Assembly: GCA_027351145.1 (NCBI GenBank)
Contig: DAIEIZ010000007.1
Location: 1-41,641, forward strand
Direction: 5' to 3'
Length of the DNA: 41,641 nt
Source: Candidatus Moraniibacteriota bacterium
GTDB taxonomy: Bacteria > Patescibacteriota > Minisyncoccia > Moranbacterales > UBA2206
Position numbers and translations under genes: made by a program. The notes under the pieces are model-generated. The model saw only the letters and a list, made by a program, of their open reading frames with translations. It ran no database searches and had not been told where the DNA came from. Shown here piece by piece: positions 19,635-28,933 of the stretch (positions are counted from its first letter, which is position 1; every line of letters starts with the position of its first letter).

Positions 19635-20381
19635 CTATTTGTCCGATAATTCCACGCTTTTAATCACAACATTCTCAATTGGACGATCAGGTGTTGTTGT
19701 TTTAACATTTTCAATCTTAAGTGCGACATCAATTCCGCTAACCACCTCACCGAAAACTGTATAGCTCGGAGGAAGTGGCGCAGAAGGACTAGCCGTTACA
19801 ATAAAAAACTGGCTACCATTGGTATTAGGACCAGCATTAGCCATTGCCAGCGTTCCCTGTGCGTATGTTTCTTTTCCTGTCAGTTCATCCTTGAATTTAT
19901 ATCCGGGACCCCCTGTTCCCCAACTGCTCGTCACTGCGTCATTCTTAGAAAGCGGGTCACCGGCTTGAATCATGAAGCCCTTGATCACGCGATGAAATTT
20001 TGTGTTGTTATAGAAATTAGCCTGGGCCAACTGTAAAAAATTAGTCACGGCAAGCGGAGCATCCGTGCTTTTAAATTTAACTTTGATATCCCCCAGACTG
20101 GTTTTAATTGTGGCAAAGGGATATTTCTTAATCAAATCTTGATTAACCGCTGGCGCCGTTGGTACATTTGAACTCATATTATTATTTTGATTTAGTGAAT
20201 TATTTAAATTAACATTTTCCTGCTTTGTGGCATTAGCCACGTCTTCATGCGCTTTATTATCTACGCCAAGAAGACCGCCCGATACTCCGGAATTATCCGC
20301 ACGATTATCACTGGCACAACCGGAAAACAACACGATAAGCAAAAATAGTCCGCACACGCCCAAGATTCTTTTTATTTGCAT
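19635..20381 (-). CDS. Cyclophilin-type peptidyl-prolyl isomerase, predicted lipoprotein
   Basis: Lipobox-like LFSGC; FHRVIKGFMIQAGDP, LAMANAGPNTNGSQFFI. Confidence 0.93.
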   Translation of the reverse strand: MQIKRILGVCGLFLLIVLFSGCASDNRADNSGVSGGLLGVDNKAHEDVANATKQENVNLNNSLNQNNNMSSNVPTAPAVNQDLIKKYPFATIKTSLGDIKVKFKSTDAPLAVTNFLQLAQANFYNNTKFHRVIKGFMIQAGDPLSKNDAVTSSWGTGGPGYKFKDELTGKETYAQGTLAMANAGPNTNGSQFFIVTASPSAPLPPSYTVFGEVVSGIDVALKIENVKTTTPDRPIENVVIKSVELSDK

Positions 20382-20412
20382 ATTTTTAAAAAATTATTTT
20401 TTACCTTTACAT

Positions 20413-20441
20413 ATTTTAACTGCAATTTCGAAAATTGTCGA
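20413..20441 (-). promoter_or_regulatory. Probable promoter of the cyclophilin gene
   Basis: TCGACA-17 nt-TAAAAT. Confidence 0.5.
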
Positions 20442-20457
20442 GAAGCAAAAAATATCC

Positions 20458-21327
20458 TTAATTTTCCGCCACTACCTCGCAAACACCCTTGGCACTCGCG
20501 CAAGCATAAACCACGTCACCCAACTCATCTGTACGTAAAATATTAATCTTGTCATTTTGCAAACGATTCAGAACTTCTACAGTCGGGTGGCCATAGCGAT
20601 TACCCTTTCCCACGGAAATAACCGCATCTTTGGGATGCACAAGATCCAGCCATTGAGTACTAGTCGCCGATTTAGATCCGTGATGTGAAATCTTGAGCAC
20701 ATTAGCGCTCAATGGCAAATTAGCACTCAATAACTGATTTTCCGCTTCCAATGGCAAGTCACCAGTAAAAAGAAAACTGTTTTCGCCATAAGTCAGTTTT
20801 GCGACAATACTGGCTGAATTAGTATCGCCTTTCAAGCCGGAAATAATAGCATCGACAGGACTGAATATTTCCAAACTCGCATCATCTGAAAGTTTTATCC
20901 TCATCCCCCGCCTCGCCAGTTGTTTTTCCACTTTCTTTTCTTCAATTGTTTTTTCCAGCGCGCCAAAAACTTGCGACTCACTTTTCGCTCCGCTTTCGAT
21001 CACTTCATCGACAGAATAATTCTTCAAGACATCAACAAGGCCTGTGATGTGATCCGCGTCCGGATGCGTGGCGATTACCACATCAATTTTGCGATCCCAA
21101 AAAGGCACATATTCTCCCAATTTTTCCATTAGCTTTTGCCCGCTTGGTCCGCCGTCAATAAGAATTTGTTTCTCCCCTTCTGAAATTAAAATCGCATCGC
21201 CTTGTCCCACATCCAAAAAGGCTACTTGCAATTTTTGACTTTCCGCGCAAGTTCTGACGCCAAAAAAAATCAGACTAAAAGTCAAGAGGATTCCGAGAGA
21301 AAAATAGATTAGTTTGCGATTTGGCAC
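20458..21327 (-). CDS. ComEC/Rec2-type metallo-beta-lactamase-fold domain, stand-alone
   Basis: FLDVGQGDAIL, THPDADHITG, LFTGD, KISHHGS, NRYGHP; likely GTG start 21327 before an N-terminal TM helix. Confidence 0.9.
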   Translation of the reverse strand: MPNRKLIYFSLGILLTFSLIFFGVRTCAESQKLQVAFLDVGQGDAILISEGEKQILIDGGPSGQKLMEKLGEYVPFWDRKIDVVIATHPDADHITGLVDVLKNYSVDEVIESGAKSESQVFGALEKTIEEKKVEKQLARRGMRIKLSDDASLEIFSPVDAIISGLKGDTNSASIVAKLTYGENSFLFTGDLPLEAENQLLSANLPLSANVLKISHHGSKSATSTQWLDLVHPKDAVISVGKGNRYGHPTVEVLNRLQNDKINILRTDELGDVVYACASAKGVCEVVAEN

Positions 21328-22790
21328 GTTGTTTTTTTCTTGAAATAATAAACCACACCTATCAAAATTATATACCAAACAACCATCCCCTGCCACGAAA
21401 GCCCGATTTCCATGGCAGAAAATTTAAGACTGGCTAAAAAATTAATTACTATTATTTCATAGCGCAAAGGCAGATAGGCTAACCAAGAAAAAAGAATCGC
21501 CAGTGGCTGAAAAATAAAGCTGACCGCCACTGCCAAAAATCCCAAAAGCATCGTGATGGGCAGAATTGGCAAAACCAGGATATTGCTAAGCGATGAAATG
21601 ATTGAGAGTATTTTAAAATTAAAAAGAATGATTGGCAAAACAAAAATTTGCGCGGACAGCGACATAAACAAAATTTCCGCGATGAACAAAATCGCGGTTG
21701 GATATTTTTTTAGCTTTTCCTCAAAATATTTTTCGAATATTGGATAGAAATAAATAATGCCGATTGTGGCGAGAAATGACAATTGAAATCCGACATCATA
21801 GCGAAGAAGGAGAGGATTCCACCATAGCATCACTGCCGCTGAACACAAAATAGCGTTCCCAGCGTTAGCTAAACGTCCATTTTTCATTGCATAGAGCAAT
21901 AGTGTTCCCATAACGCCGGCGCGAATAGCGGATGAGGGAAAGCCGGTCATGAGAATGAAAATCCAAATGCCAATGAGCGCAAACCAAAACGCTTGGCGAC
22001 GCCAAAGCCCCAAGAAAAATCCCAAGACCATCAAATATTGCGCCACGATTGTGATGTTGTATCCGGACACGGCTACGATATGCGTCATACCGGTACGTGA
22101 AAAATTAGCTTGAATTTCCTTGGAAAGATTTCCGCTCCCGCCAATGATCAGCCCCTCAAGCAGTCCCGCTTCCGGCGAAGGAATGAGCGAATAAATTTTG
22201 GCACTAAATTTATTTTTCAACGCCACCACTGTGCCATAGAGCCTATTGCCCAAATTCTGGCCGGATTTTTCAATGTTTGGTTTTTGACAGATGTAAAAAA
22301 TGTCTTGCCGCGCCAAATAGGCCTTGTAGTCAAAATCGCTATCCGCCGTATTTTTAGGCATCTCAAGGTTGCATTTTAAATCAATTTCTTCGCCATAAGC
22401 ATAATTTTTAAATGCACTTTCCTGAATCAATATGCTGTAATCCATATTACTGGAGGAAAATATCAATTCTTGCTTGCTATCTCTTATTTTCGGCTCCGCA
22501 GAAATCATACCGCGCCCGGAAAAATCCACAGTTTCCGGCTCGCTGGAAAATGAAATTATTTTATCCATTTTTTTCTGCATGACAAAAAAGCCGAAGGCAA
22601 AAAATAAAAGTGCCAAAGAAATTAATATCACTTTTCTTTGCCCATAGAAAACAAAAGGAATAATAACCGCTAAAAGCAAGACCAGATGCACAAAAAAAGT
22701 ACCCAGGAAACTTGGATAAAAAAACGAGGCGCCAAAAACTCCAGAGATATTGCTCAAAGATACCACCAAAAAAATCCTTGCTTTGTCCAT
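21309..22790 (-). CDS. comEC: ComEC competence channel, membrane domain
   Basis: GMTHIVAVSGYNI, SAIRAGVM, DVGFQLSFLAT. Confidence 0.93.
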   Translation of the reverse strand: MDKARIFLVVSLSNISGVFGASFFYPSFLGTFFVHLVLLLAVIIPFVFYGQRKVILISLALLFFAFGFFVMQKKMDKIISFSSEPETVDFSGRGMISAEPKIRDSKQELIFSSSNMDYSILIQESAFKNYAYGEEIDLKCNLEMPKNTADSDFDYKAYLARQDIFYICQKPNIEKSGQNLGNRLYGTVVALKNKFSAKIYSLIPSPEAGLLEGLIIGGSGNLSKEIQANFSRTGMTHIVAVSGYNITIVAQYLMVLGFFLGLWRRQAFWFALIGIWIFILMTGFPSSAIRAGVMGTLLLYAMKNGRLANAGNAILCSAAVMLWWNPLLLRYDVGFQLSFLATIGIIYFYPIFEKYFEEKLKKYPTAILFIAEILFMSLSAQIFVLPIILFNFKILSIISSLSNILVLPILPITMLLGFLAVAVSFIFQPLAILFSWLAYLPLRYEIIVINFLASLKFSAMEIGLSWQGMVVWYIILIGVVYYFKKKTTCQIAN

Positions 22791-22797
22791 GAAAACA

Positions 22798-23031
22798 TTA
22801 TAGCAAATTCATTCCTTCAACATCCACTATCTTCCTGCATGTGCTTTTTCCACCAACAATCAATATGGCGCTTTTAGCCACATCAAAATAATCAGCCAAA
22901 AGTTTCACGAGCGACTCATTGGCTTTTCCGTCCACTGGTGGCGCATTCAAGTGTACGCGATATTCTCCCTCGCTGATTTTTTCCACAATATTTCGTGAAG
23001 AACGCGGGATAACTTTTACATAGATTCTCAT
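22798..23031 (-). CDS. DUF167 (YggU/UPF0235) protein
   Basis: VKVIPRS, APPVDGKANESL, GGKSTCRK. Confidence 0.9.
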   Translation of the reverse strand: MRIYVKVIPRSSRNIVEKISEGEYRVHLNAPPVDGKANESLVKLLADYFDVAKSAILIVGGKSTCRKIVDVEGMNLL

Positions 23032-23203
23032 TTGTTTTTCATCTGAAGGAGATAAACTTCGATAGAGATTTAGGCATAATTTTGCTTATTGATAGTCCTT
23101 CAAGCTACTATTTATTATACATCATTATGTCTTTTCTTGTTATTATCGGAATAATAAAACTTCTTCGAATCATACTGGCAGGTTACCTGTTGGAAAAACC
23201 TAT

Positions 23204-23869
23204 TTAGTCATTCTGCTCCGCTCCTCCCGCATCTTTGGAAATTTGCACGGTTTGAAGCTTATACCCGGGCGTACTGACTGTCACGTCAAATACCATTTTA
23301 TTGGGAGATTTATAATACAAGCTGTTTTTATTGGCAGAAAAATGACCAGCCTCCGTTCCGCCGTCAAAATGAATGCTTTGCGTCTCGCCGCTTTTCAAAA
23401 CAAAACTGGTTAATTTTTTATAATACCCTTCCTTTTGACCGGTTACCATATCAGTAATTTGATAATAGACCTCAAAATCAGTCAAATCCTTGCCGACCGT
23501 ATTTTTCAAGGCCAATTCCAAATGATCATCAATTACCTTGCCAGCCTTGTCAACATTATTTTCCACCAAGCTGCCCGCGATTGTAAAACCTTCTTGCGTG
23601 GAAGTATTCTGAATCGGATTTTTATAAAGACCGGCGACAACGTCTTGCGGATCATCCGTCGAAACACTGGGATTTGCCACCGCCGGCACGCCGGAGGTAT
23701 TGATCGCTGCCACGTTTTTTTCCGCTGGCTTATTATTAGCAGTTGCTGGCTGCTTCTGCGCCGTTAGTTGAATTGGCGCTGAACTTTTTTTGGGCCTGCT
23801 GGCGATAACACACACACCAATCGCCAAAACGGCAATCGCTCCCGTAAAATACCAAATCTTTTTTTGCAT
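23204..23869 (-). CDS. Hypothetical secreted or membrane-anchored protein, last gene of the ABC operon
   Basis: N-terminal hydrophobic helix, Ala/Pro-rich linker, globular C-terminus; 28 nt from the permease stop. Confidence 0.7.
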   Translation of the reverse strand: MQKKIWYFTGAIAVLAIGVCVIASRPKKSSAPIQLTAQKQPATANNKPAEKNVAAINTSGVPAVANPSVSTDDPQDVVAGLYKNPIQNTSTQEGFTIAGSLVENNVDKAGKVIDDHLELALKNTVGKDLTDFEVYYQITDMVTGQKEGYYKKLTSFVLKSGETQSIHFDGGTEAGHFSANKNSLYYKSPNKMVFDVTVSTPGYKLQTVQISKDAGGAEQND

Positions 23870-23897
23870 ATTTTTGAAATTAATATTTATTAAAAAA

Positions 23898-24881
23898 TTA
23901 TTCCTCTTTCCATAGCACTCTTTTTTTCACAAAAATCACCGCTCCGAACACGCCAAATAGAAGACTGGCCAAGCTTATCCACCAACCATCAATAGCTCTT
24001 TCGCTAAAAATAAACTCCAGTGATTTTCCGTTATAAGTATCTTTGATTCCCAAAAAGGCGAACGCCAGACGTTCATAGTGCTTGGTCAATGAGGTTTGTT
24101 CCAAATTATCACGCATTTTTTCATAGTGTGAAAATTTCGCCAAAATAGCAGTTTGATCCGCTTTTACCATATGCAAACTATTGAAAAGTCCGCCCGGAAC
24201 TTGATTGTCCGGGTCCATCGTATCTCCGATTTGCGGAATAATCAGCACAAAAAGAATCCAGATTACAAAAGAAATAATTAAAGCATTGGGCAATGACTTC
24301 AGCAAAATAGATAATAGAGTTGAAATTGAGAAAAAAATCAGGAGATAGATTATAGTAAAAATAAAAGTAAGAAATATTCGATACAACTGACTGCCTGTTA
24401 GCATCGTTTTTCCAACAATATCCACCACTAAAGTTATTCCGACAAAAACGATACCCGATACGGAAATAATCAGCAAAGCATTTCCCAAAAACTTTCCCAA
24501 ATACACGGAAAATCTACTAATTGGTCGGGTGAGAATTAACTGCAAAGTGTTATTGCCTTTTTCTTTGGCGATACTCAAATAACCCAAGACAATCGCTAAA
24601 ATCGCTCCAATGATTTCCAGATATTCAATCGCTCCGCGCAAAAGTTGCAGAGGAAAAAATTGCGGCTCAGATAAATTTTCCACTACTTGGCCGCTTTGCC
24701 GCAATTTAAGCAATGCATTTTGATACACAGCCACTTTTCCTTGAAAATCAAATGCCGCGACGATAATAGACACGCCAATCAGAAACAGCAAGAAAAAAAG
24801 AAACACCAAAAATACTCGATTCTTCAACGCATCGGCATATTCCTTTTTTGCCACAGTAAAAATTTTTGCGAAATTATTCAT
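23898..24881 (-). CDS. ABC-2 type transporter permease
   Basis: AKKEYADALK, IAKEKGNNTLQLILTRPISR, LGKFLG. Confidence 0.85.
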   Translation of the reverse strand: MNNFAKIFTVAKKEYADALKNRVFLVFLFFLLFLIGVSIIVAAFDFQGKVAVYQNALLKLRQSGQVVENLSEPQFFPLQLLRGAIEYLEIIGAILAIVLGYLSIAKEKGNNTLQLILTRPISRFSVYLGKFLGNALLIISVSGIVFVGITLVVDIVGKTMLTGSQLYRIFLTFIFTIIYLLIFFSISTLLSILLKSLPNALIISFVIWILFVLIIPQIGDTMDPDNQVPGGLFNSLHMVKADQTAILAKFSHYEKMRDNLEQTSLTKHYERLAFAFLGIKDTYNGKSLEFIFSERAIDGWWISLASLLFGVFGAVIFVKKRVLWKEE

Positions 24882-25827
24882 AAATATTTTCTTCTTGAAT
24901 TGTATAATTGCGAATTGAATAAAAACACAAACTTAAACATACGCCGATTGCAATAAGAAGGATAAATAATTTGCCACTATTATCCCGAAGAGCGCTTCCG
25001 ATGCCTGCGTTTGTTATTTGCAATGAATTATTGAGCAGTTGGCTGGAAAAAGAAGTATAGTGCCAACCGAGAGAAAGCGGACCGAGATAGGTTCGCATCA
25101 GCGCAAAAAACGTTCCGTCCGGAGCAACTTGATCCATTGTGACAGGATTAAGGAGGGCTGTCGGGGTTTGCCCGGAAACCAATTCCGGCAAAACAAAACT
25201 AATCCCCACCCAAATACAAACCGGGACAAACAGCGCCAGCGATTCGCTTTTAGTTTTAATGGCAAATAGCAACCCGACGAGTGCAAAAAAAAGCAGATAA
25301 AAAAAAGAAAGGGCATAGAAGAGAAAAAGTCTCTCAATATCACTCGCAACCAAATGCCGAAAAGGCAATAGCAGTGATGAAAAAACGCTTACAATAAAAG
25401 TAGCGCTGATGATGGCGAAAAGAGCCAAAGAAATCCCCAAAACTTTTCCAAAAAACAATTTTTCCGCTAAAATCGGCCGCGTTAAAAGCAATGGCAGAGC
25501 GCCTGATTTGCGCTCTCGAATAAAACTGCGATGGCCGACCACAATCGCCAAGAGCGAACCGATCAGAAAAATATAGACAATCACATTGCGAAAATTCGTG
25601 AGTGCCGGAAGCGCGTTCAAGGGGTTGGCCGGAATATTATCCGTCCCGGCTTGATGGAGAAATTCCACTGAAGCATTATAAATTGAAGTTGTTGTTGTCG
25701 TGGCAACCAAACCGATAAAAGAAGACGCTAGCGTCATTAAAATAAAAATCGCCAAAAGCAAAAAAAATACACGCTCTCGAAAAAGCACTTTAACTTCTTG
25801 AATTGCAATAGTAAAGATAATTGGCAT
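24874..25827 (-). CDS. ABC-2 type transporter permease
   Basis: IAIQEVKVLFRER, RERKSGALPLLLTRPI, FGKVLG. Confidence 0.85.
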   Translation of the reverse strand: MPIIFTIAIQEVKVLFRERVFFLLLAIFILMTLASSFIGLVATTTTTSIYNASVEFLHQAGTDNIPANPLNALPALTNFRNVIVYIFLIGSLLAIVVGHRSFIRERKSGALPLLLTRPILAEKLFFGKVLGISLALFAIISATFIVSVFSSLLLPFRHLVASDIERLFLFYALSFFYLLFFALVGLLFAIKTKSESLALFVPVCIWVGISFVLPELVSGQTPTALLNPVTMDQVAPDGTFFALMRTYLGPLSLGWHYTSFSSQLLNNSLQITNAGIGSALRDNSGKLFILLIAIGVCLSLCFYSIRNYTIQEENIYE

Positions 25828-25832
25828 ATTTT

Positions 25833-26567
25833 TTATTCTCCTATGGTAAAATAGATATCCTCCAGGGATTCTTCGTCGGAAAATCTTTTGAGCATATTCT
25901 CCAGTGTTTCTTTATATACAAGCTTTCCGTGATTCAAAACTCCAATTGTTGTGCAGACTTTCGCCACCTCCGAAAGCAGATGCGTATTCATAAAAATGGT
26001 CATTCTTTTTTCCCTGTTCAACTTCAAAATGACTTCCCGCAATTTTTTGATGCCCATCGGATCAAGCCCGGAAGTTGGCTCATCTAAAAACAAAACTTTC
26101 GGTTCATGCATAATCGCTTGAGCAATGCCGATCCGCTGACGCATCCCTTTTGAAAATTCCCCCAGCTTTTTATGCTCAATGCCGGTAAATTCAATAAATT
26201 CCAAAACTTCAGTAACTTTTTCTTTGGAATTTTTAATGCCGGAAAGCTTGGCAAAATATTCCAAATTTTCACTTGCAGTCAGATTATCATAAAATTTCAC
26301 ATTCTCCGGCAAATAGCCAATACTTTTTTTCACTTCCATGCTTCCTTTTACCGTATCGAATCCGCAAATTTCAGCACTGCCGGAAGTTGGCACGAGCAGT
26401 GTTGTGAGAATATTAACTGTGGTGGTTTTCCCCGCACCGTTGTGTCCCAGAAATCCAAAAATCTCCCCTTCCGCAACAGCTAAATTAAGATTGTCCAAAA
26501 CTGCTTTTCCATCATATTTTTTTGTGAGTGATTTGGTTTCAATAATGAAGCGATTATTTTTTTTCAT
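25833..26567 (-). CDS. ABC transporter ATP-binding protein
   Basis: Walker A GHNGAGKTT, signature FSKGMRQR, Walker B LFLDEP. Confidence 0.95.
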   Translation of the reverse strand: MKKNNRFIIETKSLTKKYDGKAVLDNLNLAVAEGEIFGFLGHNGAGKTTTVNILTTLLVPTSGSAEICGFDTVKGSMEVKKSIGYLPENVKFYDNLTASENLEYFAKLSGIKNSKEKVTEVLEFIEFTGIEHKKLGEFSKGMRQRIGIAQAIMHEPKVLFLDEPTSGLDPMGIKKLREVILKLNREKRMTIFMNTHLLSEVAKVCTTIGVLNHGKLVYKETLENMLKRFSDEESLEDIYFTIGE

Positions 26568-26600
26568 AATAGTTCAATATAAATATTTTAACTATAACAA

Positions 26601-26632
26601 ATAATAAAAGAACGAGATGAATACCTTATGAA
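26601..26632 (-). promoter_or_regulatory. Response-regulator box 1 plus -10 element (ABC operon)
   Basis: TTCATaaggtaTTCAT (26632..26617), 10 nt, TATTAT; overlaps the kinase stop codon. Confidence 0.7.
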
Positions 26633-27642
26633 TAAATTGCCGGAAACAATATTGTTGCTTCCGTTCCTTTTTCAAGCGCACTTTTTATTTTCATTTTCCC
26701 CTTATGCAAATCAACGATTTCCTTTACCAGCGACAGTCCAAGTCCCGCACCGCTTGAGGCTCTGACTCTCGCCTCATCAGCTTTATAGAAACGCTCGAGG
26801 ATATGTTCCAGATCCTTATCGGAGATGCCGATGCCCGTGTCAATAATCGAGACTCTTATTCCGTCATTATTTTTATCGATTGAGACAAACACTTCTCCGG
26901 CGGATTTATTATAATCAATGGCATTTTTAATAAGGTTTGAAAATAACCTTTTCAATTGCGACCGATTGCCCCTGACAAAAAATTCTCCCGCGAAATCCTT
27001 TTTCAACTTAATATTATTTTTCACCGCATACGCCAGCATAAAATCGATTTGCTTCGAAAGCAGCCTTCCTAAGTCCACTTTTTCAAAAAAAACATCTTGC
27101 CCCTCATCGCTCTGCGCCAAAAATAATAAATCATTCACCATCCTGGAAAGATGGTTGACTTCTTCAACGGAATCGTCCAATATTTTTTTATATTCTTGGA
27201 CATTTTCACTTTCACGGGAAGCCTGAATACCGGTTTTTAAAACGGCCAGTGGCGTACGCAACTCATGCGCGGCATCGGAAACAAATTTCCGTTGTTTTTT
27301 ATACGCCATCTCAATTGGAAAAAGTGTTTTCCCCGCCAAATAATATCCCAGGCCGGCAAAAATTAAAACGATAAAGCCGTCAGCCGTAATTAAAATCATT
27401 TTGAGCTGTTCCTGCACGATATCAATCATCTGAGAATCAGCATTTTGGCTTTGCGAAGAGTCAACCTCGATATTTTCTGAGATATCCCTGCCAAACATAG
27501 TATAAACCGCCACGCTAAAAACAGTTAGGACCAAAAAAATACCCGCTGTATAATAGATGGCTAATTTTAATCGTGCCTTGAAAAACTGGCTAGGCCTGGA
27601 ATTTGTATCCGACTCCCCTGACTGTTTTAATGTATTTTTCAT
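26626..27642 (-). CDS. Sensor histidine kinase 1 (two TM helices, short outer loop)
   Basis: H-box SDAAHELRTP, N-box NLIKNAIDY, DTGIGI, GAGLGL; start ATG 27642 or 27651. Confidence 0.93.
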   Translation of the reverse strand: MKNTLKQSGESDTNSRPSQFFKARLKLAIYYTAGIFLVLTVFSVAVYTMFGRDISENIEVDSSQSQNADSQMIDIVQEQLKMILITADGFIVLIFAGLGYYLAGKTLFPIEMAYKKQRKFVSDAAHELRTPLAVLKTGIQASRESENVQEYKKILDDSVEEVNHLSRMVNDLLFLAQSDEGQDVFFEKVDLGRLLSKQIDFMLAYAVKNNIKLKKDFAGEFFVRGNRSQLKRLFSNLIKNAIDYNKSAGEVFVSIDKNNDGIRVSIIDTGIGISDKDLEHILERFYKADEARVRASSGAGLGLSLVKEIVDLHKGKMKIKSALEKGTEATILFPAIYS

Positions 27643-28255
27643 TCTTATCATTTAACTTTTTACGCAATTGCTTAATGTAAGCATCCACGATATTGCTGAA
27701 AGAATCAAACGCAAAATCCCAACAGTGTTCCAAAATCTGATCCCGCGTCAAAACCTGCTCCTTATTTCTCATCAGATATTCAAGCACTGCGTATTCTTTC
27801 AATGTCAGCGAAAGCAATTTTCCGCTTTTAGTTGCAACATATTTAGCATTATCAATGGAAATATCTTGAGCAATAAGCACTTCGCCGGATTTTTCTTTCG
27901 GCCGGCGCAGTAGCGCTCGAACCCTTGCCAGCAATTCATCCAATTCAAAAGGCTTGATCAAATAATCATCCGCACCGCTATCCAGGCCGGAAACCTTGTC
28001 ATCCAGCTCGCCCTTGGCAGTGAGCATTATAATTGGCAAATTAATGTTTCTTGCTCGCAGGTCACAACAAACCGCGATTCCATCTTTTCCAGGTAACATT
28101 ATATCCAAAATTACCAAATCATATTCGCCAAATTCAATCCGCCGCTCTCCGCTTTCACCGTCATAGACGCAATCAACGGCATAGCCTTTCCGCTCCAAGG
28201 CTTTTTTGACATACCCGGCTAATTTTTGATTGTCTTCGACAATTATTATACGCAT
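27590..28255 (-). CDS. OmpR/PhoB-family response regulator 1
   Basis: VEDN, LDIMLPGKDG, MLTA, GADDYLIKPF, winged-helix end TVRGVGY. Confidence 0.95.
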   Translation of the reverse strand: MRIIIVEDNQKLAGYVKKALERKGYAVDCVYDGESGERRIEFGEYDLVILDIMLPGKDGIAVCCDLRARNINLPIIMLTAKGELDDKVSGLDSGADDYLIKPFELDELLARVRALLRRPKEKSGEVLIAQDISIDNAKYVATKSGKLLSLTLKEYAVLEYLMRNKEQVLTRDQILEHCWDFAFDSFSNIVDAYIKQLRKKLNDKNEKYIKTVRGVGYKFQA

Positions 28256-28261
28256 AAAGGA

Positions 28262-28293
28262 ATATTACTGATACTTTATGAAAATTATATGAA
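28262..28293 (-). promoter_or_regulatory. Response-regulator box 2 plus -10 element (autoregulation of system 1)
   Basis: TTCATataattTTCAT, 10 nt, TAATAT, 6 nt, ATG 28255. Confidence 0.7.
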
Positions 28294-28364
28294 TGGTTTT
28301 TTAATCGCTTAATTATCACAAGCATAGCTCGGATTAACTAAAATTTCCAGTTTTTCAGTAATGA

Positions 28365-28392
28365 AAAAGACCTCTCCCTTGAGAGGTCTTTT
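28365..28392 (-). terminator. Intrinsic terminator after the small secreted protein gene
   Basis: aaaagacctctc-cctt-gagaggtctttt hairpin with A/T tails. Confidence 0.75.
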
Positions 28393-28407
28393 ACGTTTTG
28401 CCAGACA

Positions 28408-28692
28408 CTAGTCCTGATGATTGCCCTCATCACCTTCAAACCGATGATCGATTCCGTCTTTTTCATCAGCAACCGACTCCTTTGAGTCTGTCGTATCGCC
28501 AGCTTCCGGCTTATCAACAGTTGTGTCAACGGTTTCAGTGGCACTTTTCACCACCTGCTGAGATTGATCAATCGCATTAACCGCCGCAACCTTATTCGTT
28601 GCACTATTTGCCGACACTTGCATCGCACCAATGGCTCCCCCGCCAAGAAGAAGTCCGAGTGCGAGCATTGACAATGTTTTCTTATTTTTCAT
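28408..28692 (-). CDS. Small secreted acidic protein
   Basis: Signal peptide ending VSA; Asp/Glu/Thr-rich body, ends DGIDHRFEGDEGNHQD. Confidence 0.75.
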   Translation of the reverse strand: MKNKKTLSMLALGLLLGGGAIGAMQVSANSATNKVAAVNAIDQSQQVVKSATETVDTTVDKPEAGDTTDSKESVADEKDGIDHRFEGDEGNHQD

Positions 28693-28781
28693 AATGTTTT
28701 TACTTTAAATAATTAATTTTTAGCGAAATGATATTTTCGACCGCGGCGACATCACTGACGCCATTATCATTTCCGACTATC

Positions 28782-28813
28782 ATCTTAGCAAATCAAGATG
28801 AAAATCGAGTGAA
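28782..28813 (-). promoter_or_regulatory. Response-regulator box 3 plus -10 element
   Basis: TTCACtcgattTTCAT, 10 nt, TAAGAT. Confidence 0.65.
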
Positions 28814-28856
28814 TCTTAATAAATATCCGATTTTGTCTTAATTTACTAATATTTAA

Positions 28857-28888
28857 AGTATGCCGATTCATTATGATGCTAGCATGAA
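28857..28888 (-). promoter_or_regulatory. Degenerate response-regulator box 4 plus -10 element
   Basis: TTCATgctagcATCAT, 10 nt, CATACT. Confidence 0.45.
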
Positions 28889-28933
28889 AAACTTCTTCGG
28901 CTATTTGCGCAAGCCGAATTAGATTGACTGGCT

